From contig NC_087252.1 in NCBI RefSeq assembly GCF_037042905.1, positions 4,838,001 through 4,902,000 of the forward strand: a stretch of 64,000 nucleotides of DNA. Reading direction: 5' to 3'. The first letter of the stretch is position 1; the number at the start of each line of letters is the position of its first letter. This DNA is from Lytechinus pictus (taxonomy: Eukaryota). Position numbers and translations under genes: made by a program. The notes below the pieces were generated by a model. The model worked only from the letters and a program-made list of their open reading frames with translations, did not search any database and had not been told where the DNA came from. Positions 24,141 through 49,243 of the stretch are shown here, one piece after another.

Positions 24141-27100
24141 TTTGAACTTTTAATTAAAAATAATTAATAGAATCGTAATGAATATGACGTGACCATTATC
24201 TATTGAAACTGCAAAATTCATTATTTATACTCAATAATCGGAGAAGCGAGCTAAATAAAGAATTGTAATTATGCAAAAAGTTATGATAAATGCATGTAAT
24301 CTGAAAATGGCGACCCATAGATGTGGGGCAACTATAAATAAAGGTAGGGTAATAAAGAACAGGCGGGGTTCTTGTTATTTCTTGCCTCATTTATTTGTTA
24401 TCTAAGAATCTACTTTCTTTTCTGTTTTAAATTATTTTCTTTTTCATAGCTTCTTTGTCTGCATGTTTCCCAAGTTTCTTCCTCCCTTTCTTTCTTTCTT
24501 TCTCTTTCTTTCTCTCTCCCTCCCCCTCTCTTTATTTTTCTCCCTTCCTTCCCATCTTTCTTGGAGAGCTGGCTCTGAAAGCTTGAATTCCTTTGACGAG
24601 CCCTTGGCTCAGTCAGCCCAGCCTTGCACAAAACACTCTGTTCACGAGTCTCACCCCTATACATCCATACAAGAAGAAAATAGAAACTGAATATTTGCTG
24701 GTTACATAATTGGTTTATTAGAATAAAGAATGACAATACTGGGTGAAATCTGACCAAGTCTGAAACATTGGTCATCAAGGGTATTTTTTTTTTCATATAT
24801 GAAAAGTACTTGAAAGTTGGACAATGAATATCACAGTATGAACATAATGGGAAAACAAAATGTTAAATCGAATTCATATCACTCACACTGCGCAAGCAAT
24901 GCTTAATTGTTATCGTTTCAAGGAATACATTTCTTTCAAAGACAGAAATATTGAGATTCATAAAATGCTACATTATCTATCTTCCAAGCAACTTTATAAG
25001 TGAATGAAATTGTAACTAATGTGTAAGAGTTATTGGGTAATTTATGGGACCATACTGAAATTGTACTCCCTAGGGAATGGAGAATGAGTGGGTACATCCG
25101 ATTAAATACCCTGACCAAGGTAATAATGAATCAGACAATCTTAGAACAATTATTATGCCTCAAAAGCTATAAGAAATCTTACTTGTGCAATAATAATCGA
25201 GATATAGCATTGTAATTGATTGGGAATGTTACTCAAATTCAAAACTACCCTGTCTGAGAATATACAAATCAATACATTGACTTTCTAGACAGGACAAAAT
25301 ACATAAAGAAAGAGGGGGGAAAAGTGCAATTTGCATGAATGTCACCACCAATAACTTTGGTAGATAAAAATAATTAGATACTGAATGGCCTGATTCGAAC
25401 AGGGAAATAGATTTTACTATTGCCTAAAAAAAAATGATAAGTATATAAAACAAATATCGACTGTTGTTTTTAATTATTCGCATTTGGATACTATCGGGGG
25501 TGGGGGGGGGGGGACTGGCTGATATTTTAAAATATTGTCAACAGGACAGTTAAAACAATATAAAGGAAAGTTATTTTTAAAGATCTTTTGACAAAACATA
25601 TATTACAAATCTTCACACTTGTCAGTGCAATGTTTAAAGTTTGGCATGTAGACCTTTACAGATATCTCGAACAACTCAATAATGAACCAGCTTTTGATAA
25701 TTTTGCATTTTTTTTCCTTACGATTTTTATATTTTTTTCAAAACTTGTCACTCCCAGAGTAATGACACACCACACCATGTTTTATCAGTTTGAAATCATA
25801 ATTCTATCATCCTTCTGTTTAAATTTTAGTGACCAGTAAAAGTCATTCTCCATTTCAGAATGTTCAACATCCTTGAAATTGTGATTATGACTCGAACTTG
25901 TGGATCCAAAAGCTTCCTCCATACATCTACTCATGTCCTAAGAACATTACCGGGTAACACTTTCTTTAGAAGTTAATGATGGTATGTACTTAGAGTTATA
26001 CAAAATACCTGACTTGTACAGTCATAAAGTCAACTGCAAAAAGTTATTAGTATGGAGACAGTATATATGTTCCCCTTAATTAGAAAATAAAAATATTCTA
26101 GTTAGATTTGATCAACATGGTGCAGTATGTGAATACTCTGGTTATGATTATGAAACTTAAAACACTATTTTTGACACTTGAACAAAGATAAAATCCAACA
26201 TTGGGCATGGTTACAAAAAATGATCACTTCATATAACATCACAGAATTAGTAAACCAAAAGCTTTAGCCGAGTGATGATTTACTCGTTTATGGAACTCTT
26301 CCTTAAAAACATTGAAGACAAGATGGTTGCTCAGCACTCAAGCTGAATGTCAATGACACCAAAGTACTGTTATCATACATGAAGTGACCATTTTTAGAAC
26401 TCCAGTGAACCATGGCAAGGTAATGCATTCTATGGAATGTGTTAAGGCTTGCATTGAGTCAAGGTCTAGTAACACAAAGTATAGCAATGATCGTAGAACA
26501 ATATCTATGACTGATTGCATTGACTACAATGTTCAATCAATCATAAAAATCAAGCATATAATTATCAATTGCCTGTGTTGCTGGCCCCACGTTAGCCAGG
26601 ACTCCAGAATAGCGGAACAAACCGTTGCCTGAACCACTCCAGTAAATGCTAAACCTTGCCTTGATACAATGTATACCATAATCTGCCCAGAAGGAAAACA
26701 TTTGTAGGACTTTGTCTCTCATTCTAAAGGCATTCTAGTCAGCGCGGTGAAGCCCGGACAGTTATGCCTTGGGATTAAAAGACAAGTTCTAAGACCATCC
26801 TTACAGAACCCTTTTGATTCCAGCTATAAGGTGAAATATTCTTGAAATAAAAAAAGTCAGCAGAAATCGTGTGGCGTCTCAATCATTGCAAATACTTCCA
26901 TTTCAGCACAAATCATATAAATCTACAATCAGATTGATATAGACCAAGAAGGTAATATTTATGCTTTGATATGAATAAGTGTTGGAAATTTTTTGTATTA
27001 TATTTATCAGCCTTGTCATCCAATGAAAAACAACTGTACTACAATAACATGTAAGAAAGGGTATTCAGATACCAAGATTTTCACCTTTTAACCGGAACTT

Positions 27101-30100
27101 CAACAGAAAACGAAGGATAGTCTTATCACATTACAGTTAATATCATGAGCAATACAGAACTGTGCCAATGCTGTATTGCTCCTGAAATACAATGTTTGCA
27201 AAGTTGCCTTGATGCTGTCATCATATGTTCAAGATGAAGTTAATGACGGTCTTAGTTGTAGTATGCATGAAACAATCGAGGGCTGCAAGGTTCAGCAGAA
27301 TATCCTATTAAAATTTGACATTTTTTTATTAGATCAAGACTTTATCCACATGTACTTGGGCTCCACCACAAAAGTTTGTGATCAATCACAATATAGCCAA
27401 AGCCAATCAGAATCATTTGATGCATGTGCATTGCATGCTTTCAACCAATCATTGTTTCAATGCTTCCAATGATCACAAGTCCTTGTGACAGGCGACCCTA
27501 ACCATGCAGCGATCGAGGACGGAAGGCAACTTTGCAAACTAAGATTAGGTTCAAAGACAAGCTTTGATAAGTACTTGACCAACAGAGTGTTGTGTGGTCT
27601 GCAGCTCTTGATGGCTAATAAGAGCTTTTTAACCTGTAGAATGATCTCTATACTCTACAGGATAACTTCAATGAACAGAGAAACCAAAACCAACTAGCAA
27701 TCAAACACTTCATAAAATGGATCATGTTGCTTGCCACCTAGGTATGTTATAAAAAGTTTTGTCAGTGATTTTGCTCTCAGCAATCAGATGCCAGCTTTAC
27801 AGTAGCTTAGAACATCTGTCAATAAAAATCACTGAGAAAATTCTTTCATGAATGGCTCCCCTGAATAGAACTACGCAGCACACTTTGGTTTCACTGTTCA
27901 CTGGTTGAAGACTGGTGAACTTCACTTTTAACACTGTTAAGAAGCACCGCAAGTACGCAGACTTGCATAGGTACAACCACGTTCCAGAAATGAAGATGGG
28001 AATTTCACCAGTCCCACTAAATAGTGCTAGGAGAGACATCTCGAGCACAAAAGTACATTTTGATAGATATCGGAACATATTTGTTCAGAAAATGGTTTTA
28101 GCTTTGTTTGCAGACATCAAACGACTTCTAACCTTTCCTTTGTCAAGGCTTTTTAACACAACCTCTTCACGGGCATCAACCCAAATCATTTGACCAGAAT
28201 CTACAAATATGTTGAGAATACCATCAAAATGTAAAAGTTTGTTGAAAAGTCAGTAAAATATTCATCTTAAGCATCAGATAAAAAACTTTACGGAAGTCAA
28301 CAGAGTACCATTCATGTACATTGAGGAAACTCGGTTCCTTTTCCAAAACTCAAAATGCAATACGCAGCTCTTTTTGTTCAGTGTTACCTATTATCATCAA
28401 CTGCATTTGTTCCTCAATGTATACAATTAGTACTTAGTAAAAAAAAAATTAAAATCAACACCTATCGTTCATTTCCCCAAACGAGATTCATTCACATTAC
28501 GCTACATTTATCATGGTCAAATTATTTTAGCTGCTGTGTGAATGGACCATGCATGCTGCATACACACAGCAAATAGGACAATATAAATATCTTTTTATTC
28601 ACATATCATTACCAAGTGGTCATCAATGATATTAAACCAGCTTTCATCACCTCAGGATAACTATCCATAAAATGGCAAGCATGTTCTCACCACACATGTA
28701 TGAATGAATGCATCCTTTTCATAAAATATTGCAATAGTTGTGTGTATGCAGTAAACCGAGGGAAATGGAGATAGGGCTCATGCTGGTGAATGAAAAAGAC
28801 CCCAGATTGATACATCATGAAAACGTGGGGGGAAATTCTGGAGTCTTCATATTCACAATATGAAATACAAAATCAATATGACACCTGTTCTCTTTTCCTC
28901 ACTCTTTGTCGATCTGCTTACATTTTCAATTTGGTGCATTTTCTCAGAAATGGAGTAAAGCAATCTTGCACTTTTATTCTTAGAATGTCCAAGTCAGGCA
29001 TCGTACCATTTTGTATATCATCTGACAGCCCCCCCCTCCCTCCGCACACACCTATGTGGTTGAGAGGAGCAAGGGGGGGGGGGGGGAGGGGGGCTCATCA
29101 TATTGTTGTAGGACAGAACAGAAATACAAGTGAAAAGGGGGAGATACAAAACAATGTGGAAATGTACACAGTACATAAGAAGTAATTCAGGCTAATCTTG
29201 TATTCCGGGTAACATCATAACGGCATGATGAATTATTAGACTTAGTATTTCTCTATTTACATGTTTACATTTGTGTTAAACGGAATACACGCCTTGTCGA
29301 AGGCTTGGCCACTCTAGTATGTTGTACTAGTTTGTGAGCGCTTTTAAACTGGCCGTCTTTTATGCAACATTCATCTTACTTGCAATGTTACTTTAGTTTA
29401 ACGATGCATTCAACGAGTGCAGTCACAATAAGCTTGTCTGTCAGTGCCATCCTGGAGGAAAGCTCTTCAAATTTTTTTCCATTGTTGTCCAACTTGTCCA
29501 TCGGTACTTTGATCACGATTCACGAACATTCCAAACTTATATCCCGATTATACTGAAGTCCAGCCAACGTTCCATTTCCAATAACTTCTCCAAAAGCTCC
29601 CTTCCAATTTTGTTTCCTTTTCTTCTCTAAGTGTCAATATCACTGGCCAATAGCTTCTTCCATTCACACATTTTTTTTCAATTTTCATTTTAAGGACACC
29701 ATCCAATGCTTCCAATCCAGTTCCAAGTTTTCAACTAATGTTCTTCCCGATGCAAGACTTCCTTGATGATTTGGTAATAGCAAATCTGATTCCTTATGTC
29801 TACCGTATCATGGAGCTTGTTCGGTAGTTCCACTCATTCATGATGCCAAAACTGAATTCCATCCTATCGAGTTTGTTCCAGATTTCGGTCGACTGCATGT
29901 TCGATCACGGATGCTCACTTTGTAATTGTTTTCACGCAGACACAGTACAAAATATTGCACGCCCTATTTCAAGGAGGGATTGCCAAAATCAGCGCAAGGG
30001 TGCACAGCACAATATTTCAAGTAGTACCCTTCATCCAAAATGATGCTTAGAGAGAGATACCTTTTATTGATACAGCATACTAGAGTAGCATGGACTAGCC

Positions 30101-33100
30101 TGAATTACCCATCTTAACATCAATAATCAGTTTAACATCACTTAGATAACGTTGTTCACTGCATAAAGATGACAATGGGGAGAAGTATCTTTTTCCAAAA
30201 GGGAGTACAAAACGAGGGCAGGTATGTCTGTTCACAGACTTTTGTCCCCACACAAACAAACTTAAGTGCTTTGGCATACAACGCTCTTTGAAAACGCGCA
30301 GATATGCAGAGAGGAATGGATGGACTTAGCACACACACAGATAGACACCCCAACACACACACCCAAAATGACACCAACACCTCACAAGCATTCATTAGCT
30401 TCAGAGCAAAACCAAAGAATCAAACCATTTCCTCCAGGAACGTGAATGCCATTTCTTCTTTGTTGCATAGGTTAGAATGTGTACATATTCTTTACAAAAT
30501 TTCCATATTCAGAAACAGTTATATCCTTCACAATATCCTACTATAACAATGCTTTTCTTTGTAGGATTTAGAATATGCGCATAGACCTTGTGTAATTTCA
30601 ATTTTCAAACCATTTCTAATATTCTCAGCTCAATCCCCACTCTTAACATATTTTTTTTTCTTGGTAGGGGAAAGAATATGTGCACAGTCCAATCTTAACT
30701 ACGATATTAAAACCCTAACATCCTCGTGACGATTCCTATCAGAACATATTCTTTGAAAGAGGACAGAGTACAATTTACAATCCTGTCATGTTGATAACTC
30801 CATTGCTTACATTGTCAAATGCCCAATTGAAAGTCCCGAAACACTAGGTTTGTCCTCATCATTATGGCATGAAATATGGGCACAATCCTCAATCTGTAAT
30901 AGGGCTGGTGGCAGCAACCTCAAAGTGCTGTTTATTCCCTTCAAATCAGCAGCTGTTCTAACAAAAGGAATGCCAAATGATTGAATTAAACATGCTTTTT
31001 GATAAAATCTTATGATCTCCCTTGATTGTTGTGTTTTTTGCTCTGAAGCCACAAGAAACCACATCAGAAACACTCAGTCATAGTCACACATATCTCCTCC
31101 TTTCTCTCTCACGCTCTCTCTCTCTCCCTGCTCTTCACTCACACATACACAGCGTAAACAATAAAAGCACTGTACACATACATCTCAAGTACAACGCAGT
31201 GCGATGTGCTGTAGGATAAACCATTCAAGATTACATCAGGTAACATAATGTCTGCTCAGAGCCTGAGAAGAACTGGGGAAACCCATTACAAACACTACAA
31301 AGGATGCAGCTTGGACATCCTGTACCCATTCACATTATCTGTTAACGAAAGCATTGCAACGGGGTAAAAAATTGTATAATGTCAAAGAGATAGTAAAATC
31401 CCCCTTTACACCATTTTTCGCTACAAGTTCTTGGATATCAGGCCTCGTGGGAATTTTTGTCATTACTTTTATACTTAAGGTCAAGTCATATACCATAACT
31501 AAACAATTCTCTTTCTTTTTTACACCAGAAGTTGCAATCTTGATTCCATGGCCTACCAAATGCATTTTTATTTCTCAATTTTTTTTAACTTTCATATTTT
31601 GTGCTTCTGCAATGCTTTTCAAATCCATAAATACCAGTATTGTCTTTTCTAAACCGAACATTTTAATGCCTAGCCAGTGCTTTCTTTTCGTATTCCCATT
31701 TTCAAGACTTTTCAAAGACAGTTTCCTGGATTCCGGAAAACTTTCAAAGAATTTCTGTGACATAGATTTTCCCTTATGATCTGTGACCTAAAAAAGAAAT
31801 GATTTTTCAAATGGTTTTAAGAGGAGATGTTCACATTCTCCCAGGCTCTGAGCGGAGTAAGATCACATGTTTATATTGGATACCAACCAAGGGATTATGA
31901 AACAACATTGACATTGTTGATTAGGTTAAGACTGCCGCAAGCCTTTTTCTGGAAAGCATCATACCTCCTTAGGTATTACAGAAACAATGTTAATTCTACA
32001 AAACACTATCCAATGGTGTGTTCAGCAATTTGGAATAATGATGATGCTTGCAAGAAATGGTCCTTGGAAGATCACCTTGGGGCTTGGGGAGTGTTTCATG
32101 AACAGCTTTGTTAGTGAATTTCACTATTAACTTGCTCTCAGCCAAACAGATGAAAGGACTTCTGTAGCTTAGAACACTCTTGATGGTGAGAGTCATTACT
32201 GAAAGGCTCCCCAGGAGTGAGGAATCCTCACCACGACCAAAAGTAAAAGCGTAACATCTGAAATCTTGTAAATAGAGCTAACACCCTTCCAAAAGCCAAA
32301 TCAAGGGGTACGCTTCAAGAAACAAAGTCAATAATTTTAAATGTTATAAGCTACCGATATTCTTGCATCTGATTGGCTTAGGGCAATTATGTAAGTGAAA
32401 GTCACTAAAATTTGTTCTGTGAAACACTCCCCAGGTTCACTCACTACAAGCAATGTGTAAAGTGGAGTGGTGATACGAGACTGGCGACTCTGTTTCTGTT
32501 TTCAAAACGAACCAACTTTCTCTTGTCTATTACGGAACAGGTGCAAATACTTTGAATAATCCCATAAGTAAAAAGATATCACACTTACACTCGGTGAGAT
32601 GAAAACCTTCAAAATATTGTCTATGCCATCTTTGGAATAAGTCATTCTAATGATCCAAAACAATCAAAATCTGACAATTATCAAGGTTGTTTCATATGGT
32701 ATGGGAGGACAGCACAAAGTGATACAGAAAAGAAACAAAATATGACAATCGTTAAAAATGCTCTACCTCACCAAACAGAACATTAACAGCGCAACCGTTA
32801 TCTGTAGGAGACGAACATTTGTGACACCTTTTATCCTTTTTGTTTTGAGCTAAGAAGGCACTCTCATCACGACCAAGTTTTCTGGTCCTTTTTTTTCATG
32901 TAAATTCATTTTTTTTAGAAAAGATATCTCGTGGTAAAATAATACATTTTCATCACGTCTTTTAGTCCATCGTAATACGCTTATTTTTTTGCATTTCTTT
33001 GACAAATTAAATACAAGTGATTAAAGAAAATTAAAAGAAAATATAAAATTGCACAAGGTTCATATCAGTTTAAGTTTTTTTCAGAATCGTTAATGGAAGG

Positions 33101-34021
33101 AAAAAGAAAAGAAAACAAGTCAAGATATAAAATGAGAGACTACGCCTTTGTTTCTTCTTTCATGAATTTTTTTGCATCTCTTAAACGTTCAAAAATAACT
33201 TGTACCTTCTCAACTCTGCTCTCAGACAGAACACACCGTCAGGGCAACATTAACACAAAACCTGGCGATCGATTGCATGAATAGTTTTTATGACGAGTTG
33301 CACCGATCACCGACGTGTAATCGATCATTCAAACAATCGTATTATCAGTTATAAAACTTTGTGTTACCGGGTCCATTTTTAGCACCATTGAGTGTATCCT
33401 TGACATGAAGAGATCATAGAACTGTTTCACAAAAATCCCCAGACACTGTCTAACATCTGTTTTTGGCTTCAAAGCAATCAGAAAGATGGATTTCAGTAGC
33501 TATTGATAATCACTGTACATTGCTACTTGACATGGCGTTTGGTGAAACAGGACTTACAATTCTTTGCACTGTCATATTTTGTAAAAAGGAAGATCCATCC
33601 AAGACAGCTCATGAAGTCACAATGAAAAAAATTCAAGAAAAAAAAAAAGGTATCAGAAAATTTTTAAATAATCTCTAATGATCTAAATCTTCAAATAAGG
33701 TGTACTGTCAAAATATCAAGATTTTTTTTCATCTTGGCATAAAAAATAAGATTCCCAAATGCTCATTGTTTTGATGTAGTTCAAGATTCTTTCTCAATTT
33801 TTTTCTTTTTAAGCATTACCTATCAAATTGAAGCCCATCTTCCTATTGATGTCTGAAGAATAAACCAAGCAATACTTTTCCGTTTTTGAAGTATTCTCAT
33901 CTGTCAATTACTTTTGAGGAAAAATAAAATAAAATCAGAGATTTTTCATTATCTGTTATAATTCAAATGTGTCTTGATTGGGCGAAGTCCTGTAACACTG
34001 CTAATGGCCGTCTGTGGAAGT

Positions 34022-44205
<10,184 letters not shown>

Positions 44206-45672
44206 GGCAAACAGTGTCTTTTTTCACAGTATTTGTTCTCCCTTTTTGCAAATTCTTCCAAGTTCCACCCTTATCGATGGGTGATTTTAGACTTTCCTTG
44301 TATTACGTCTCTTTAATAATCATCAATGAAAATTGCATCAGGTGTCCATACGAACATTTCAGTTAAAGATAAGATAATTCCTGAGATAACTTGTCAGAAA
44401 TGTAGTAGTACAGGTTCACAAAAAAAGGCAAGTTAGTGCCATTCAACTTTGCCCATACAAAATGGGAAAAAATTATCTTTGGCAAATATACAAATATACA
44501 TTAATATATAAAACGACCTTTACAAATAATATATTCTGCTATAAACAATGAAGCCTCTCAGAGAGGCGTCACAAGGAATTTGAATTATAAATTCAGATTG
44601 TCCGCTTGGTAGGAAGGAATCAAGCAGCAATACAAATGGCTAAGGACCCGCAGAAGTTTTGAACTTCTCGTGCGGAGAGTCTATAAAGGTGATAGATCAC
44701 TGTTCAAGCTTGCAGCGTTCACTCACATGTGTGTATAGCTCAATGACGTTTGCATAAATCTGGTAGAATCATAAGTTCAAAGGAAAGAATGTAAAGTTGT
44801 CCAAACGCTATCCTGACTATCGCAGGAATGCCATCAAACCAGCTTCTCTGTAAAATGAAATAGAGAGAACAGAAACTTTCAATAAACCAAAGGAGGGTTT
44901 AGTGAATAAACATCACATGATTAGCATTTAATTTCTACTCTCCAAACCATTATTTCCTGTTCACGAAATTGGACCACCACCTGACATGCTACCAATATAA
45001 TTGTCTATTTTTAATTGCATTGTTCATTTTCAACTTCAGTCTTGAATTCTGAACTCATATTTAAATTCAACCCTGCTTTAAAGTTGTGGTTTAACTATGG
45101 ATAGCCAATTGGGGCACAACTCCCTAACAGTACACATTCAATTCATTAAACTTATTTGACACTCAAATTGTCCATTATTGTCTGGGAATGATAACTGAAG
45201 TAGTTTGAAGTATAAAGGAAACAAAATAGTAAACATACAAAATATACAATATAAACAGAATTTTTGGCTACTCATAATTTTCGCTGAGTTAGACCGTGGT
45301 CTAAATCAAACCTGCCATCAGAATACGAGCATTGAGATGTATTGCCACGTTTCATTTTAACGGCCATGATTTGACATGGCACATCGCACGTTAAAAAGTG
45401 AATGTGTGCAAGAGCAGCTGAATTGCGGTGCACGGAGATGCAGCAGCTATTCACTCCCAAAACCCCTTTCGAATGAAGGCAACCCTGAAGAATTGATTAC
45501 GGTATACATGTGTATTTAGAATCTGTGAATTCAATGCTGTTGACTTATTCTGTAGTTTGTTTGGATTTACAAGGCATCTTGAAGATACAAAAATTGTTTG
45601 CAAACTCAGAATCAAACCACTATTTTTATTTTGTTTCTAGCACTTTTTTGCAACCCCATTTCTTAAATTTAA

Positions 45673-46258
45673 AGGTCAAGTCAACCCCAGAAAAAAGTTG
45701 ATTTGAATAAATAGAGAAAAATCAAACTACCAAAACGCTGAAAATTTCATCAAAATTGGATGTAAAATAAGAAAGTAATGACATTTTAAAGTTTCGCTTA
45801 TTTTTCATAAAACAGTGATATGCACAACTCAGTAAAATGCAAATGAGACAGTCAATGATGTCCCTCAGTATTTGTTTTGTTTTTTATTGTTTGAATTATA
45901 CAATATTTCATTTTTTATAGATTTGACAAGGACCAACTTGACTGAACCATATCGTATTTAATAATGTTAATTCCACATGTTCCGTGAGGAATTAATAGCT
46001 GTTTCACTTGACAATGAGAAAATTTGAATATTTCATATAATGAAGTACAAAAGAAATAGTGAGTGGATGACGTCATGAGTCTCCTCATTTACACCAACAA
46101 GGATGTGCATACAACTATTTTGTGAAATTAAGCAAAACTTTAAAATGTCATAATTTCTTATTTTACATCTGATTTTGATGAAATTTCGGGCACTTGTTAT
46201 GTTAGTTGGATTTTTTCTTTTTATTAAAATCAACTTTTTGTTGGGGTGGACTTGTCCT
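45673..46258. mobile_element. Kolobok-like non-autonomous element (same family as 22248-22842)
   Basis: ttaa|aggtcaagtcaacccc...ggggtggacttgtcct; shared interior gaaaatttcatcaaaat. Confidence 0.8.
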
Positions 46259-46547
46259 TCAAGCAAGCTGAGCTGAGCTACATACTGTAAGCCACCATGC
46301 GCTTTAGAAAAATGACGTAAATTCAGCAATTTTTATGGCATAGAATTTGGCTTTTCACAGCCCAAGAGCAGATTTTGGAGTTGAAACCAAGACTTTCTTG
46401 GGGTGTGGCGGTAGAGCACACATGTGAAGTGCGGACAAGTATCTAATTTGCGATTCTGCCATAGGTTTGTGTTGATTGAATGAGCTGGCTCGTGAGACTG
46501 AGTTTGGCGGTCGAGTCTCGGTGCACGTTGAATTTGGGGTCGCTTAC

Positions 46548-47050
46548 CTCACATCAGCAAATGATCATCCAGTCTAACTTTGCCAATAAAATTGATCAAA
46601 TTGAATGAGTAGCGTGCCCTATTCAACATGTGCCACGATACGTATCATTTCACAAGCCAGAAGGCAATCACCACAACCCACACCAAACACATTCACTCAC
46701 CACAGGAAAGTCACAATATCCCCTTTGAAAACTCATTTCCAGAGGCTTAGCTCAGACTTAAGAAACAGGATCGCAAGGAGATGTGCTAAAAATGAAGCAA
46801 TCACAGTTAAGTTCCAAGTTTTCTTGCAAATAAACGATCACATCTTCCATATGAAAACTCATAAAAGAAACAAAGATAACGCTAAACTGCATTGAATTTG
46901 CACATAAATACGGTCAACATCAATTCCGTCACAACCGTGTTGTTGTGATTGTTGCCTTCATTCGAACAGGCCAGTCATGCCAGGAGCTCCGAGCGTACGC
47001 CGTAATCTGAGCGAAAGTCTGCAACTTCCGGATTGAAAATCGCGTGTGGT
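46548..47050 (-). other. Probable non-coding first exon of DDX6
   Basis: Strong donor GAG|gtaagc at 46547, matching acceptor tttcattttacag at 44849, CpG-richer surroundings and an ETS-like ACTTCCGG at 47024-47031. The 5' boundary is a guess. Confidence 0.4.
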
Positions 47051-47692
47051 ACAGCACTTATCATCAGCTCTCCAACGCACTGACACGACATATGATCGAC
47101 TTTAGCACGTGCAATGCAAAAGTCTAACTTTACATTTTGAAGATTTTAGACGAAGCTCAAACAAAAAGTCAAAAGTTTTAAATCAAACTTCATGAACTTA
47201 GGCTAGAAGCCTAGAAAAATATAGGCCTAGACCCAAAAGCTTCAGTCTCTGTTATGTTGGCTGTTCCGCTGAACTCCGTTGGCTCCACTCACCAAAATAC
47301 AGAGGCCAAAGTTCTAGCTCGATCTGTACAGGGACTCAATGGCCATATGTTTGTGTATTAAGGTCGGATAAAACAGGGAAGTGAATTTGCGTGACAGCCG
47401 AAGTCACTGTTTTTTCCCCTTTTATATAGGCCTAGGCCCTAACTTCCTAAGTTTATTTTTCCCCGTTTTGGTGCATTTTAGGCCAAAACGGAATTATCTT
47501 TATTTTGGTTTGACAGTTCTTTGTATGATTATGAAATAAGGACAAAAATCGATGAGCACTGCCGGGGGGGGGGGGGGGGGGGGATTTCGCATTGTTAACC
47601 CCCTAATGGTGGCTGCACGATAGCGAGCCGTCTGTATGACTACGTCTACGAGGTCGAGGAGAAATTTAAAAATATTAGTTTTATTACATGAA

Positions 47693-48162
47693 CAGTAGAG
47701 GCGCATGGCCAATATTGGAGACTGTCTCCAATGTGGGAGATTATCTCCAAATATCAGAGACTTTGGTAAAGAATTTGGGTAGGCCTATCCAATTTCAGAG
47801 ACAGTCTCCAGTTTCTGACAATCTGAGTCCAATTTCCTTTGTTTACATTTGCTGCAAAAGGATTAAATGGCGGCAAATAAAAATGTGATAAGCAGATTCC
47901 TCATGAAAAATTACCCCTTTTCACCGTCTACTTTAAAAATTCACCGTCTACTTTTGTTTTGATAAGGATTTTTGTTGTCAATCACACACAAAACAAATGG
48001 GCTTCTGACCTCAGTGAGACAAAATTTTGGGTGGAAAAAATCATGCTTTTGTTGGAGTTGTTTCTTTTGTCCTTTTGCAAAGCAAGTCTCCAATGTGGGA
48101 GATTGTCTCCCCTAGGCCTAGTATTGGAGTGAGTCTCCCATATTGGCCGTGCGCCTCTACTG
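47693..48162. mobile_element. Non-autonomous TIR element with 5-bp TSD (ATGAA)
   Basis: atgaa|cagtagaggcgcatggccaatat...atattggccgtgcgcctctactg|atgaa. Confidence 0.8.
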
Positions 48163-49243
48163 ATGAAAAATGTTTAAAAACTCCTGTCTCAGAACAGACG
48201 GCTGCAGCTAAAAAAATCGTATTATTATTGGCATGCCGTATTATTGACCTATTGAACAAAAATTGAGGCAAATTTCACATCGTGAGAAGAAATTTTAGAA
48301 TAAAAAATGTTTCAGAAAAAAAAATTGAAAAAATATCTCGCTCTGCCCGGTCTGATCAGGTCACATCAATAAAATTAAAATAAAAAGTCCCAAATTCTCA
48401 ACATTAACAACAATCTCTACAAGACCTTTAGCAGATCCCGAGAATAAAGATTAATTCCACTTCAACTTCATAGAAGCAAGATGAAGTGTTTTTGTCAGGG
48501 AAGGGCACAGCGGGTCCTTTTCCAATCATCCCATTACGTTTCAATCTCATATTTTACAATTTTAGCCTATATTATGACGCTGTATGAACTACCTGGTACG
48601 CTACGACCGAATTCTCAAACCCATATTCTCAAACAAAATTATACACTTTGCCAACACTTAAAATGCCCAAAATGTGACATATCAGAATCGTATAAAACAC
48701 ATCATTCGAAAAACATTTCATTCAAAAGTAGCATATTCAGAACAACACAGATTAAGACGGATTTCTAGAGACGGGTTGTTCGACTTACAATACAAGAAGG
48801 TTCAAAATGGCCGTCTGTGTATACGCATACGAAATTCTGTCCACAGTGTATTTGCTAGTGCTGCAGTGCAGTACCGTAGACAAAACAGGTACCGGTAGAC
48901 TGTTTTCTTCTTTTGTGTATGGCATCCGGGCAGCTCGTCCTTTGTCAATTCGCCGGATTATTATTCCCCCCCCCCCCCCCCCCGCTGCAACAGACTGTAA
49001 AAGAAGGTTCGAAAATGCCTTATAATCTTTGGGTTGTGTATAAATAATATATATATATGCCTATTGACTTTAAAAAAATTGTTTTTGTTGTTTTTTATAT
49101 GAAAAAAAGTATAAAAGAAATAATAAAAAAGATTTAGCAAGATCGATGAAAATGAATATAATTATAGGCCCTAATCCCAATTGAAGTTAGGTCCTATAAA
49201 ATATAGCGCTATACTTTTCCCCGCCCAATATCATACATCAGTC

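Noticed and set aside
27176..32196. Assorted 60-141-aa ORFs between the novel gene and DDX6
   Set aside because: No recognisable motifs or consistent splice chain; such ORFs are expected by chance in AT-rich DNA.
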